From Amphiscolops sp. MND2022 (lineage: Eukaryota): DNA of 64,000 nt. Where the stretch lies: assembly GCA_964187785.1 (NCBI GenBank), contig OZ076409.1:14448001-14512000 (forward strand), in the 5' to 3' direction. Positions 25,341 to 39,036 of the stretch are shown piece by piece. Below the pieces are notes generated by a model that searched no databases, was not told the origin of the DNA, and saw only the letters and a program-made list of their open reading frames with translations. A program made the position numbers and the translations under genes. The first letter of the stretch is position 1, and each line of letters begins with the position of its first letter.

Positions 25341-28300
25341 CAAGTCAATTCATAACCAAGTGCTTTTCATTGTTGCTTATATGACTGGAATTTTATTCCT
25401 ACTACGATCACAATTTACGCCTAGCTACTCATAATGTGAACATACTAAGATTAAACATTTACAATTTTTTTTCAACAATGAACCTAATTTGAAATTGTAC
25501 AATTCATGAGTTTCCATTCTGGTGCACTCTTTTGCAGTCTAAATGAATTACCAAAACTATTCAACTCAGTGTTTTTGTCTTAGCAAAGCTTTGAGCGTTC
25601 CGTCAAGACAAAAACGGGCTTGTGTATTCCAAATAACTTCCAAGCACATACAAAAGCAAATTGTCAAGAACAAACTTCAACGATTTTGTTCGTGCGAATT
25701 CATCTGAATTTTGAATTTGGTAAGTGCAGAATCTGCATAACTCTTGAAATTTTGAGATACCGTATCCCGTTTTATTTTGCAGGTCATTTTACTGTATTCC
25801 GTAATGTTTTGGAAAATACAAGACCGGACAACTAACCTGGATCGTCAGTAATTCATAAATTTAGCTGTTTTTTGTTTGCAATCATTCTTTTTTGTCAATT
25901 TTTGTTTTTTTTTTCAATCGAATTTGTTTTTTATTGTCTCTCTTGAAGTAAGAATAAAAGTATTTTAAACGACAATATACATGTCCCTATCCCAGATTTT
26001 AGTTACAAAAAGCTGAAACAAAGGCTTCTCTGTCAGTAATTAGAACGCAATGACCTTTCGCCTTGTCCAAATTCATGCCGAACTAGTAGAGGTCAAATTT
26101 GATGGACAGTTTGGTGTCAACTTTCGTTGCCTAATTTTTGTCTACAAATTTTCCGCCCATCAACCACTCTATGATCGAAATTCTTCAGTGAATGGAAAGA
26201 AAACTATACCTTGACGAAGTCAAATACGATAAACTACTTTGAATCAGCTGAAAATTTGAGGTTTTTCAATGAAACAAAAGATTGCTTACAAATTTCTAAC
26301 AGAAAAGTTTGAGGAACCTAATCCGTGCCATTCAATTTTTGCTTGATCATCTAGTTTCACTTTTACGTTCTATATTTGGCCGCTTTAAGAAAATGAACGG
26401 GATTTTCGAAAATAGTACAGACGACATTCCTAATAACTAATAGGTGACAAAAGCTAGAAATAATAGTATGGAAAACCTAAATGCGTTACAATCGAAATGC
26501 CACTATCCGAGCTATTTACGGAACAAGCAAGAGGTTTCTGCATCATAGGTGTTATTCCCGAAGCAGCTGTTAATGGAACTCAAAATAATTAAAAACGCCA
26601 ATAGCAAGATTCGAACCCATGACAAACTGACTGGGAGTCTTTAGAACTCAGCAAGGGAGCTAGTTGAAAGCAAGACGCCCGCTGTGCAGCGAGATATTTT
26701 CCGCCCCAAACTGTTCTACAACTAAATAAATTTGAGGCTCAAGAACAGCCGATGCACTATAAAAACGCAAAGAAGTACGAAGAAAGGAACGCTTTGATTC
26801 ATCTTAGCCCATTTTAAAAGAAACCCCTAATTTATTATTTCTGCGAAAGCTGGCCACTTTTCCTTTTTTGCCACTATGCGACTTACCGAGAAAAGAAAAT
26901 TTTCAATCAATTTTTTGAAAAAAAATTGAAAAACATATTTCACATTTTTCAGTTTTTGAAGTTTTCTGTAAAGGAAATAGGTCTCCCGAGTCTGGAGGGT
27001 GACTTCTTTGTTACTTTTGATCAAATGGAATTGGCGAGGTTTTTTCTTGATTGTGGAAATTACCTCATTTCAGTTTTTTCGACTCTGCGCGTCTTTACGA
27101 AACTTTCATTTAGTCAAAGAGTACCCCCTTGCTTTCAAGCTTTCAGCTTAAGAAAATTAGTTTGCGAGCTGAAACTCGTTTCGCCATCATCAAACTTTAC
27201 CGGAAAAAATCAAAAAGATGGATTTTTTGTGTTTCCTGTTGGGCTAAAAGTAGTTTCTTGGTCTCAGGCGTATTTCTGCAGGTGATTTTTGGCACTGAGA
27301 AAATGCTAAAAGCTTGAAAATAGGTCCTTTGCAAATTTAGGAAAATTGAGCGATCCCAGTTTTTTATATTATTGCACAGTTTCACCAGAAGTGTCAAAAA
27401 CTGGAAATAGTTTTGACAACTTTGGGGTCACTTTGAGGAACATTTCTAACATGAATCTACTGATGTCTTTTCAAAATTAAGACTACTGGACACCGCGTTT
27501 AGCTGTTGTTGCATGTTTACATCATTCTAAATCACGAATTAACTAGAAACACCTTCATTTGGAAAGTGTACCCCATTTCTAGTTTTTTTTTGCTAGGGGG
27601 TTTTTGAATAATAATTTTTGGATAAATGAGGTCGAAAATTACGTTTTCAAGAAAAGTTTTGAAAGTTGGGCAAGTACACTTGTCTGGTATCTTTTCAAAA
27701 CACTATCGGTGGGTACACGTGTTTCAATCCTGAGCCTATGGTAATTCTCATAGAAAAAAATTTTCGGAAAGCCTCCAAAATCCGGAATAGGGTGTCGGGA
27801 AAAAAGAATGTTCGGAAACTTTGGCACCTTTGTTGTAACTTCGATGAACTTTATCCCACTTTTTCCCCAATTTCGTTTTGAATACCTCATTGTTTCAAAG
27901 CTCAGGTATTGACTTCATTGGAAGTTCTACTTTCAAAAACTTTAGTGTTTTGAACAAAGATTGGGATTCATTTGTAAAACAACGTGCTTTTTTATTGTTT
28001 CGTGATTTATTGGGAGCTTTTGAGGCCAATTTCAACATAAAATGCAGTTATCTGTTCAAAATTGCCTACAAGAACTACGCGGATTAGTCATTGTTGACTT
28101 TTTAAAACCATTTTATGCAGGGAAGTAGCCCAAAAATTCAGCGAAAAAACTGCCAAAAATGTTTTAACTTGAAATTTCTCAGTTTTTTCATTATTTGGCT
28201 CATTCTGAAGAAACTTTCTACCATGAAATAGTCATGGTTTCGAAACACGTGCGTCGGACTTAGTTTTATCATCTGGACTTTTTTCGACCAATATCAAAGG

Positions 28301-31300
28301 AAAATTCACTGAAAATGTCAGAAAACAGCAAAAATCTTGACATTTTCGACTTTTTGCGGTCTGTTTGAGCCATTTTCAACCGACGTCTGCAAATTTTACT
28401 TTAAACGTCACTGGATTATGAGTTTTGTCTTTGTTGAACGTTTACCAACACTCTGAAACCAAAACAATTCGAAAAGTACACGAAATTTCAAGTGGGAATA
28501 TTTTGGGATTTTTGTCACTTTCATTTTTGTCAATTTGAGACGTTTTCATTCAGAAAAATGCAATGAACTCTTCGGAAAAGACTACAGGACAACCAAACTT
28601 GATTTTGTTGACCCCCCTCCAATCTACGAAGTCTGTCAAAAGTTTGACGAAAAATGGGTAAAAACTTTGAAAATTTTGGGGTTTTTGTCATTTTCGGTGT
28701 CAATTTGAGATTTTTTCATTTGGAAAACAGCAATTATCTCTCCGGAGAAGCCCACTAGAGAATGAATCAGTGCCATGTTGAGCGTTTTCAACATTGTAAT
28801 TCACAGAATCTATAGAGATCTATCGAACAAAAACTGCATAAAAACGTTAAAAATCGGGAAATTTTTGGTCTTTCGTCATTTTTGGGTCTTTTTCTTTCCA
28901 AAATAACCGCATTTATCTCTTCATAAACAACTACTGGGCAACAAATTTTTGCCTTGTTGAACTTTTTCATCATTTTAATCCACGACATTTATCAAAAAAT
29001 TGACAAAAACTGCACTAAAACATGAAAAATTCAAAATTTTTCCATTTTTTTGGGGTCATTTTTGGGTCATTCTGAGGGCCTTGGGGTCAACTAAAAAAGT
29101 CCAGAAATCTCCACAAATACAAATCGCACGAAGCTGAATTTATATGAGTTGAATTTTAAGGGTAACACCCTTAAAAATAAATATAATTTTGGTGCTTGGC
29201 AAATTTTGTAAAAAAGAAACCGTTTGATTTAAATATTCTCCTTTCCCATATGAAATATGGGCGGAAGATAACAAATGAGGTAGAGAAATATTAGAAAATT
29301 CGTGGTAGGATCTGTTTGGGATCCGTTGAGCCCAAAAGTTCTCTTCAGGAGCCGAAAAAGAGCTAAATGGCTGGAAAATATCCGTGAATGAAATAGTAAT
29401 CATTGTTATGATGGTAGTACAATTATGGAATAGATAAAAATTGTACTAAAAATTTTGGTTGAAGATAAGGTTTGAACCACAAACCTGCACACTCCGATAG
29501 AACCTTACCAAAAAGTAGTTCGCCGAATAGGTACTTTATTTAGGCGCGCAATATTGAAAAAAACATGTGCTCAATCTATATGTATTTTTTTCTATATCTA
29601 AATTTGGTGACAAGTGAGAATGACACGATTTTGTCGCACATGAAATTTTCAATGATTTCTTAATTTTTCAATGAACTTTAAAGGAAATCTTGTTCAGTAA
29701 ATCATCATATTACAAAATTTATGTGCTTCGAATGAATGAGGAAGAAAAAAATAAGTATTGGTGTCTGTGAAAAACTTGGATTTTTTCAGATGTGTATTTT
29801 TTCAGATTTTTTCCTAATGTATCGCTGAGATCTTTTGATCTTTTTAATTCTCATAGAAACAATTTGGCGACTACGCCATACCAGTGGAGACAAATTTCAA
29901 ATGTATTTGCTCCTTTTCACAAACTGTCTGAACCTGAAACAAGATTGGTAGGTTTACCTTTCAGACAAAGGCTCCACCATTGGCAAACTTCAAAGAAAAT
30001 TACTTGAAACGTATTCCTCAAACCAATTTTGACGGCATTGTTATCGATTCCTTTGATTTTCTGAGGTTCTTTTTCCTGACTTCAGAATGTTTCTTTTGTT
30101 CCCTCGCATTTTCCCATTGAGAACCAACAAATGTCCGATTTTGTTTTTCTCCTTTGCTTAAGTAGTAATTGATTCTAGGGCATTATGTATGCGTGATCGG
30201 ATTGTGAAATTGTGCGGTTGGTGAAAATGAAATTGAATTGAAGATACGCTAACAATGCGATTGACAACTCCTTGGAACCAGTGGAATTTCGATCAGCTCT
30301 GGAAGGATGAAAGCAAATTAAAATTCCTATTCCAGCTGGAGTAAGTAATACTGACTCTTTGTAATGGTCTCAATTGACTAGGTATTGTTTCTTCTAATTA
30401 AACTATTCGTGCGTATTCAGGTCAAAATGTCCTTCAAGAGCTCCTTTGGCATTTTCATTTTGATTTTTGCCTTCAAAGGTTCAGGCCACTTGTGCTAGAA
30501 CTAGAGGGTTGTTCGCTTAAAAATTGTATAAAATATTGAACGGTAGCCAGTAACTTTGTAACACTAAAAGTCTGGCTTTTCAACCAAATTTTCGACAATT
30601 TAGCTTAAAATTTCAAACACTCTTTTTCATACTCTCGAAAAATCTCAATGGAAATATTCTGTAGTAATTCTTTGAATGCCGTTGATAACAGAACGCTCGT
30701 GAAGGATATGCTGATTTGAAATTTACGCAAAACTCTTCTTCTTTGCAAAGGCCCAAATTCTTCTGCAATATTTATGACACTCAAAAATATTTCATAAATT
30801 TTTATGCACTTCAGCTAGTAGAAAGTTCGGAAACCTGATACATAAGTAGCCTTAAATTTTAGACATGGGATCTCGTTGATTTACATCAAAGTCAGCTAAA
30901 AAAGTTCTATCAGTACGCTTTCCTGGCTCCTCACGAGAACCCTTCAAGAAATCAATTTTTTTAAAGACACAGTTTTTATCAAAATCGATTTGGGGTCATG
31001 AGCTAAAAGCAGACATACTTTATGGCACCGAAAAGATAAAGACAATTAGCGGACAAAAACTTCCAAAAAGTTGGAATATTTTTTGGATCGCATTCAACAA
31101 AAAAGTCTCAGGAGTTAAAGTCTCTCTAAGACTGATCAGAATTGAAAGCGGTCATTGTGTTTTGCAATTGAAGAAAAAGTACCAATTACACTTGTATTTG
31201 ATTGTTTAAAGTATTTTCGAATTTCATAATGCAATATCTCAAACAACAAAGTTTTTTTTAACTCTCATAGAAATGTGGGGCAATTTTGCTCCAGTGACTT

Positions 31301-34300
31301 ATTTGTCGAAGAAACTTTTTCACAGTGAACTCGAATTTCATCAGTTTTTTGTACAAAAGTGTATCAAATCGGCCAAATTGAACAGTCGTTTCTACCTACA
31401 TGTCTGTTTATTCCTAACTACTGATAATGATAATAATACTTTCAAATAATCCAAATTTCACTCTTCCGCAAAAATGAACTACCATGAGCTTGGGCTCGTG
31501 GCATTTGTAATTGTGCAGATACTTGAATGTTTTTGATTGAAATGCTCAGTAAAAAACTGCTCCAAAATGGTCACAAAAAGGTAATAATGCCAAATTTTTT
31601 AAACTTTTGTCAGTTTTATGGTATTTCGAATGTTTTCGTGAGAGTGAATTTCTATAGGGTTGAACGGCAAAACGATTAGCAACCATTTGGCATACCATAC
31701 TTTTTAAAATGAAATTCTGATTTTTGGCATAACATCAACCAAAAAGTGTCCAATTTTTCGAAACTGCGAGCTTCATGTTCACGTTTTGGAGTTTATTTCT
31801 GTCGCTCGGGCCCTAAAGTTTGTTTTCACTAAACTAAAACTCAGGGCGGTTAGGGCGGTGCTGTTTTGTTAAAATTGCTTTCAGAGTTTTTACTGTACAT
31901 CGTTCTAGCTTTCTCTGCTGTTTTTAATAAATTAGTTTCAGTCTTTTCGATGAATCCATTCATCAATCTCCGAATTAATGATTTTTAAACTTCTGCGTTC
32001 TCAACGATAACTTTCTACAGGAATAACATCCTGATAATGAGCACCCGCAGTTGTAATTCCCTCGTTGACTTTTTCAATATTCATGAAAAATTCAAAAAAC
32101 GGAAATCTTAAATATTTTGCGTTTTTTTCTGAACGTATTTTTTTTCATTTGTCCGAGCACATAAACTGTTTTTTCTTCATTTCGACGATAACTTCCAGCT
32201 TTGACTCTCCATTGTAATTGATATTAGCCAGTTTGGAATCGTCTGATATTGATGAACATGAACTTGAAACAAAAAAGAGAAATCCTGGAGAAATTAATTT
32301 GATGCGAACTAATTAATTAAAAAAAAACAAAAACAAGAATATTTTTTCCGAGTGACTCCGTAACGCATCTATCTAGCTGTTCGTATAACCTTTATTTCTT
32401 GATGCGCAGCTCTGAGACAAACTGAGAAAAAGTGGACTTCCCAATTTTGAATAATTCATATCCAAGTCTCTGATCTGAGACAAAAACATCGACTTCGAAT
32501 TGTAGTCGCTCGACAAAAGTCAATCATGTGATCGAGACAAAACGGAGTCTCGAAAAAAGGAACCACGCATCATTTTGTTCACGTGAACGAATCTGGTTGT
32601 TCAGTTCAGTCAACAAACTTCGTGCTGTTTTTTCATCAGTTCTGAAGAGCTAACTCAATTCAAACAGTTTTTGCATTCACAGCCCACGTTTAAGCACGTT
32701 TGTCCATCGATTTTGTGTCATTGCGCGTTTAATTTTTTTCTGTTTTTACAAGAACAGCGGTGCCAAATAGATCCAATGCTTGAGGAAATTCTCTGGATTA
32801 TAAATCTTTAGTTCCATTCAAACATTAGACGTGAGGCGTCGTGCAGGCTGGTAAAACCACAAAGATTGATTTTAATAATTATGAATTAGTAATTTTTCAA
32901 ACATCTCACTGTTATTTTGAAAGTAACTGAATTGTTGTAAAATGTCCTCTCGTTTTTAAATTATTAAAAAGCGCCTTTTTTTCTCATAGATAATGAACAC
33001 ATAATGATCTTTGAACATATGTTCTATGGTTTTCAATCTCAAACATGCAAGAAGCATAAAAACGTCCTCAGGATTTTATTGCAATTTTCTTTGGATTGTG
33101 TTGAAGAAACTCTTCGTGTTGAGTTTATCCCAGTTCAAAATCGGGAAAACAATGGACCATGTTGTTGTGGGTTGAACAAAATACTCTGCCTATTTACATA
33201 ATTTTGGGAATAAAAACATTTTTTTTGGTGTAGCTTTTATTTTATTTTTTTTTCTTACCAGTACCACGATTGAACTTTCAAATAGAACCACGGAAAAGAA
33301 TAATTTTTGCATACTTGTGAGAACGCTCAAAATTCCGAACGGTGAAAAAACACTTTGGAGCTAGACTAGAATTCCAATAATGTGGTAATGAATAAAACTA
33401 TTTTTCTAACCGGGAAAAAACTACTTCGTCTGAAAATGTTACAACGCTTCGATAGATTTTTATTATAATAAGCTCGGTCGGTAATATCTTGAAATCAATT
33501 CTGGAACTTGGAATCGTTGAACTTTTATCAGGATGGTGACATAAGTTTGGTTGGTGATTTGACATTTCTTATCTTCAAAAACTGAATATTTGTTTTCAAG
33601 TGTTGAATCGACCAGCGTATTGTCGGTCACTAAATATGGCGTACTATCACAGATGTTTTTAGAAAATGTACTACTGAATTAACATTACATAACATGTCAT
33701 TATATTAGCCGTTGCGAATTGATGATTCAGGTTAAAATTTCCTGATTATTATAGCGCTTGATCAAAAAATCCATAGTGATTATCAGCAAGTTTATGAAAA
33801 AAATGTACAAATTATGTGTAAAAATACGTATACAAAAGAATCTTATAAAATTTACAATTTTTGAACATCCTAAAACTGCTTTTAGTCCGCTGAATCGGGC
33901 CCGAATATTCAGGCTCGATCAATGTTCAAAACTCCATTTGACACAACAATTTTTTTCACACGGGTCTCTCGATGCTACTTAATTTAATATTCATTTTTGT
34001 GAAATGAATTTTATTCGGACCTTTTTTACTCTACACCTATCTTTTCAAGCCCGGCCCGGTTCCAACTCTGACTAAATCAAAGCAAAAACCTTGATTGACT
34101 TCAAAAAATAACATAAACTCTGTTCCGAACCTTGAAGGCTTAAAAAAGAAATGCAATAGCAACCTTGAAAAAGTGAAAGGTTTTCATCAGTGTCAAACTT
34201 GTGTATGCAAAACTGAAGCTCGTTGTGCTTTTTATGAAGCTGAGATGTTTTGTGTTGTGAAAAATGTTGCATCTCCTTGAAGATGACGTCACAAAGGATT

Positions 34301-34525
34301 CAGTATTGATTAGTTCCAGATCGAGGGTTTTATGTGACTTCATTAAAATCTTTATGGGCTGTTAAACCAAGGTGAATAAGTTGATGCTTTTCAAAAAGCA
34401 CTCAAGTTTTTCGTCGTCATTGCACGCTTACTGGTTCGTTGATGGTTTTATAGAAGCGTTATGACAACCTCTTTCGAGGGAAATGGTGAGAAAATTGATA
34501 AAAGTATTCGATGCCTGAGTAGTGT

Positions 34526-34770
34526 TTTTAGTCGGCGCCTTTCTTGAGTTTTTTTCTTGTGGCTAGTTTTTTTGTCATACCACAGAGCTCACCCTGTATG
34601 TACTACTTTTTAGTAGACTTTTATCGGTTTAAGGGGAACCCAGAGTTCAGCCAGAATTCTTTTTCCTGCATTTGCAAAACCGGACGAGACTAAAGGGTCC
34701 CCCTTGAATTTTTTGGCACTGTGCAACTTTTTTTGAATTTTTTTTCATGTCGCCAAAGGGGTATCCTTTT
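34526..34770 (+). mobile_element. Family A 5' fragment
   Basis: TTTTTAGTCGGCGCCTTTCTTGAG start and GACGAGACTAAAGGGTCCCC internal motif; 3' end missing. Confidence 0.6.
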
Positions 34771-35566
34771 TCAATCAGTATAATAGTAGTCGCTATTTCT
34801 TATTCGCTTAGTTATTTCCTTCAACATTGCTAACCCTGTCAAATTCTTGTTTTCGCTTCGGTCAAATTCCGTTAACTGCAATAAAATAGGTTCCAATTCT
34901 ATTTCTTCGACTTCAAAGCAAAAATACATATGGTCTTTTAGATTAGATAAAAATCATTGCTTCTCTTTGATACTGGTTATTTCAAAAAAATCTAAATCTC
35001 CGAACATGAATCACAATTTTATAAGTCTTTTAACTTCTTTTGAAAGCGCTCTTTTGTCAACAAAATACTGTAGGTTTTATTGCTAAAAGCATTCACCTTA
35101 TCAAACAAAAGATCTAAAACAAAAAAATTATTGATTTGAACTGAAAGTCAGTTTCGATCTCCATAAAAGTCAAAGTCTGAGAACGATTTAATCATGCCCA
35201 AAAATGGTTCGAAGATGGCTGCTTCCCAACTCTTAGGTGTTCGCAACTCAGGTTGATGTGAACTTGTTCTGAGAGAGAAAACTAACTGTCAATTTTTTTT
35301 GAATATTTGTCAGACGGCTTAGAAGCTACATTATAAGAAAATGGCCTCATGAAAAACAGTCCTTGATTCATGGAGACTTTCAAATAATTTTCCTTGATTC
35401 AAGGAATTCCGTGGATAAACTTTCATGATTCAAGGATGTTTATGAATTCAGATTCATTGTCCATCACATCGAAAACTCCAAGGAAAAATTATTCCTCGAT
35501 TAGTGCAAAGTTTACACTTCAAATTTTACACTATTTGGGCTTTCCAATTATTGGGCTTTCCAACTA

Positions 35567-36109
35567 TCTTACTTTTTGTTGTACGGCCGTACCACGACAT
35601 CGTGTTAACTGTTCTCGTTTTGATATATTATTCATTCCCATGCATCATCGTGTAAATTCCATGTTTGCCATGCTGATTGTTGCAGAAAAAGTTTCAAAAA
35701 ACATAAAATTCAAGACTTGTCAAGTTACCCTTCTCCTATTCAGCCTACAGCGAACTCATTTCTCCCATAAGCCAATACTTGCTTGGTCCGTTCAAAAGCG
35801 TGCGATGTGCACTAATCGTTTTCTACATGCAAGTCGTCGTAAAATGATCGCGAAAAGAAAGTCCAAAATTGTGGTTGAATTGCCCTTTGAACGATTTTTT
35901 TACTCCAGAATTGAATTTTCGATATTTCTTTTACTATATGGAGCGGCAAATTTTGACAAGTCTTGATTTTTATGGTTTTTGAAACTTTTTCTGAAAAAAT
36001 CAGCATGGCAAACATGGCATTTACACGATGATGCATGGAAATGAATGGGATATCAAAACGGGAACAGTTAACACAATGTCGTGGTACGGCCGTACAACAA
36101 AAAGTAAGA
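35567..36109. mobile_element. MITE-like element with ~155-bp inverted repeats
   Basis: 35567-35723 is the diverged reverse complement of about 35953-36109 (TCTTACTTTTTGTTGTACGGCCGTACCACGACA...). Confidence 0.88.
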
Positions 36110-37104
36110 CGTTTTAAGCATCCAGTGTTCGTGTTTAAGCTACACACGCCTAACTTGTAACATGAAAACATTTGGTTTCAAATTACCACAGACTTAGAGA
36201 ACCTCTTTTTACTGGTCTGTGCTAAGTTACAAGACATACGTGCACAATACTTAAATAAGTGCTATCAACATAAGCACAATCTTTTGACCATTGATCAACT
36301 GATGAATTGGACAAGTACAGTAAGATAATCGCGCCTCAGTATGTATTGTAAATGGGTCACCGATCATGCCCGTTGTAAAACAGGTAATTTGAGTTCTACA
36401 GTATAAGGGGTAACTCAAAAAGAATTTGATATTCGATCATTCATTCAAAATTAACTTACACTGCCACCTTGTAAAAAACAATACGATTTTTTTTCCAAAA
36501 TTTTAGGAAACATTGTGGTGGTTATTATGAACAATTCAATTCTGAAAACGACAATCGTGATGAGGTAGTAATTTGTTTCTAACATATTTTTTTCGAATAG
36601 TATTTTTTGGGCTTTATATTTTTTCTGGAAACAAATCTCTTCCATTCCTTAACCAAATTTCAGTCTTTTTCGCAGTCTCAAAGCGACAACAGTTCAAAAT
36701 AAATAACTTAATCTTTCGAATATTGACATCAGCCTAGCAAAAACCGCTCGCGGGTATAGTCGGAATATTAACAACGGGTTGTAACGTTGAGATATATTTT
36801 CATAGATACCAGTAAAATGGCAATTATTCGAAGGTGGGCTGAAGTTGTTTTGTGGTGCCCCTTCTCATGAAGCCACATCATATCAAATTCACGATAAATT
36901 TCATGGATAAGGAGAAAATATTACAGTCCGAAGCTCGAATTTTTTTTCATTCTATCACCATTTTGAAAATTCAACTCTAGAAAAACAAACATGATTATCG
37001 GTCCTTTTTACGTCTGATGATTACTTACCTTAAAATAATATACCGAGCGTTACGACGGCCTTGTTGCCAACTTGCGGACACTCCTAAGACTGGTTTGTCC
37101 AAGA

Positions 37105-37605
37105 AAGGCACTTGTACAATCCACTACAGTCAATAATTTCAAGATGTACCCTCCTTTTCATGTTCTGGACAATACTTGTCGTAAAGTATCTTGCCTTTGA
37201 TGAGGTTGATGATTCCACTCTGCTTCAAGTGCTCAGCACAGACTACTTGTCTGGAAATTCCTCTACACTTCCAGCCTTCTTGACGTGATGCCAGTAAAAA
37301 ATAATTTCTTTTGCTCGATGAGGTTCAGAATGGCGTAAATGTATACCATGTACGAAAACTCTTTCGGTCTTGTTTAGCAAAAGATTTGCAAAATCTGATA
37401 TTAACGAACTAATTGTTTTGACGTTACAGCAAACACGTTGCCTCGTCTCAAAAGGACGATGATTAGCTCGATGGAACTTTATCAGTTCCACTTTAGCTCC
37501 AGGAAAAGATGCGAAGTTAAAGTTTGCCTCATTGGGGCTTTTGCCTTGACTATTGGAAATCCGAAGGTTTCTGGTCCTTGAAACTTTGAGTAAATGATAT
37601 TGCAT
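37105..37605 (-). pseudogene. Decayed ORF, possibly SGNH/GDSL esterase-like as found in some mobile elements
   Basis: NLR..., FASFPGAKVE, LLLNKTERVFVHGI; continues after a frameshift as LLASRQEGWKCRGISRQ...HLK. Resemblance judged by eye only. Confidence 0.3.
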
Positions 37606-38687
37606 CTACTTCCAACCGTGATAATAGCTAGCATTACTTAGAACAAGTTTCCGAGGTAAGCGAAGCAATTATTGCATCTGGGATTACTTGTGGATTTGTT
37701 CAAAAAGCACGAAAATTACTGACTTGAAGAGTTTTCTCACATAACTCACTAAACCGTTGAACAGTCGATAAAGTTGGTGAGTAACAAATTAAAGTCGAAA
37801 AACTTTTACCAAAAGATCGAAAGCCTGCTGGATCAAAACCCTGTCAAGCGAAAAGTTGCTAAAAATGCAAAAAAAGGGTATTACTGTTGGAATTTCGAAT
37901 CCAGTATAAAAACAAGAATAACTTCGAAGCAGATCTATATTAGCCCGTGTTAACTTGAATACCCAATGGATAAAGTTCCAAACAATAGCTGTCTTGGTTG
38001 CTTGAATAAGGTATTTTACAGGCTTTCACTCTCACTTTTTTGAGTCTCTGCTTTTCAATAAGAAGTTATTGACACTACAGGATATTACATAAACTGCCAT
38101 GTTTACAATCAATTATACTGGCACCGTGAAGACCTTTCAGATACCAAAAAAATTAACAAACTGCCCAACTTTAAGGCGATAGAATACATAAGGATGTTAG
38201 TATGTCAACATCTGATGCTTACATTTACATAACTTTGTGGGTCTCGATTACATTTCTTGTTTGCCTTCAAAGCTTCTATTAGGTTACAAAAGCTCTACCG
38301 CCTTCTGCCGGGACAAAGCATAACTAAATATGGCCTACTCGTAAGGTTTGATGCACAACCAGAATGATAAGTGACCAAATTTTACTATATTAGAGGGAAA
38401 GTCCGATTTTGACCCGGAAAAAGATTTTTTAATTTTTGTCTTCGATTTTCAGTTTTTTTGCTCAAATTGGTAGAATATCAAAAAAGACCGTGTCGCTTAT
38501 TCTGTTTTCGAAATCCAAAAATTACCGTTTTTGCAGCAATTTAAAATCCAGGAATTTTGACCCCTTTTGGTTACAACTTTTTAAGTTACTTTTGAGGCGC
38601 TAGCAGTCCTTTGCAAAAAAATAAAACATTTGCTATATTTATTTGATCGATGCTAACGTTTTTAAACTGAGAACATCTATTTGTTCG

Positions 38688-39036
38688 ATTACCAGAAATT
38701 TCGTCGTCGAAAATTTCATACTCGGAAAATTCGGCGTCAGTAATTTTACGTTCTATGAAGCATCATAATCGCGTTTTAGATTATCTATCCGTAATCGTCT
38801 TTTATTTTTGAGTGTACTTATTCTAGTGTCTACATTTTTGTTGGTCAGTAAAATAGATCAGGACGTCTTGAACAAAACGTATTGATGAGTTGATTGAATA
38901 CAATTAACTTTTTGACTCAATTTCGGTGTCAAAACGAAACTTGTTTCCAAGATCGCATCTCAGTAATTAAATTATCGAGTAATTAAAATGGTGAACGCTG
39001 TTAATTCCGATGAATACGACGAAATTTCCGCCTGTC
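38688..39036. mobile_element. Degenerate MITE with GAAATTTCGTCGT subterminal repeats
   Basis: GAAATTTCGTCGT near 38695 and its inverse ACGACGAAATTTC near 39016, plus degenerate ~15-bp units at the left end. Confidence 0.55.

Noticed and set aside
35394..36171. Two opposite-strand ORFs sharing TFCCTAVPRH
   Set aside because: The similarity comes from the inverted repeats of a MITE, not from paralogous genes.
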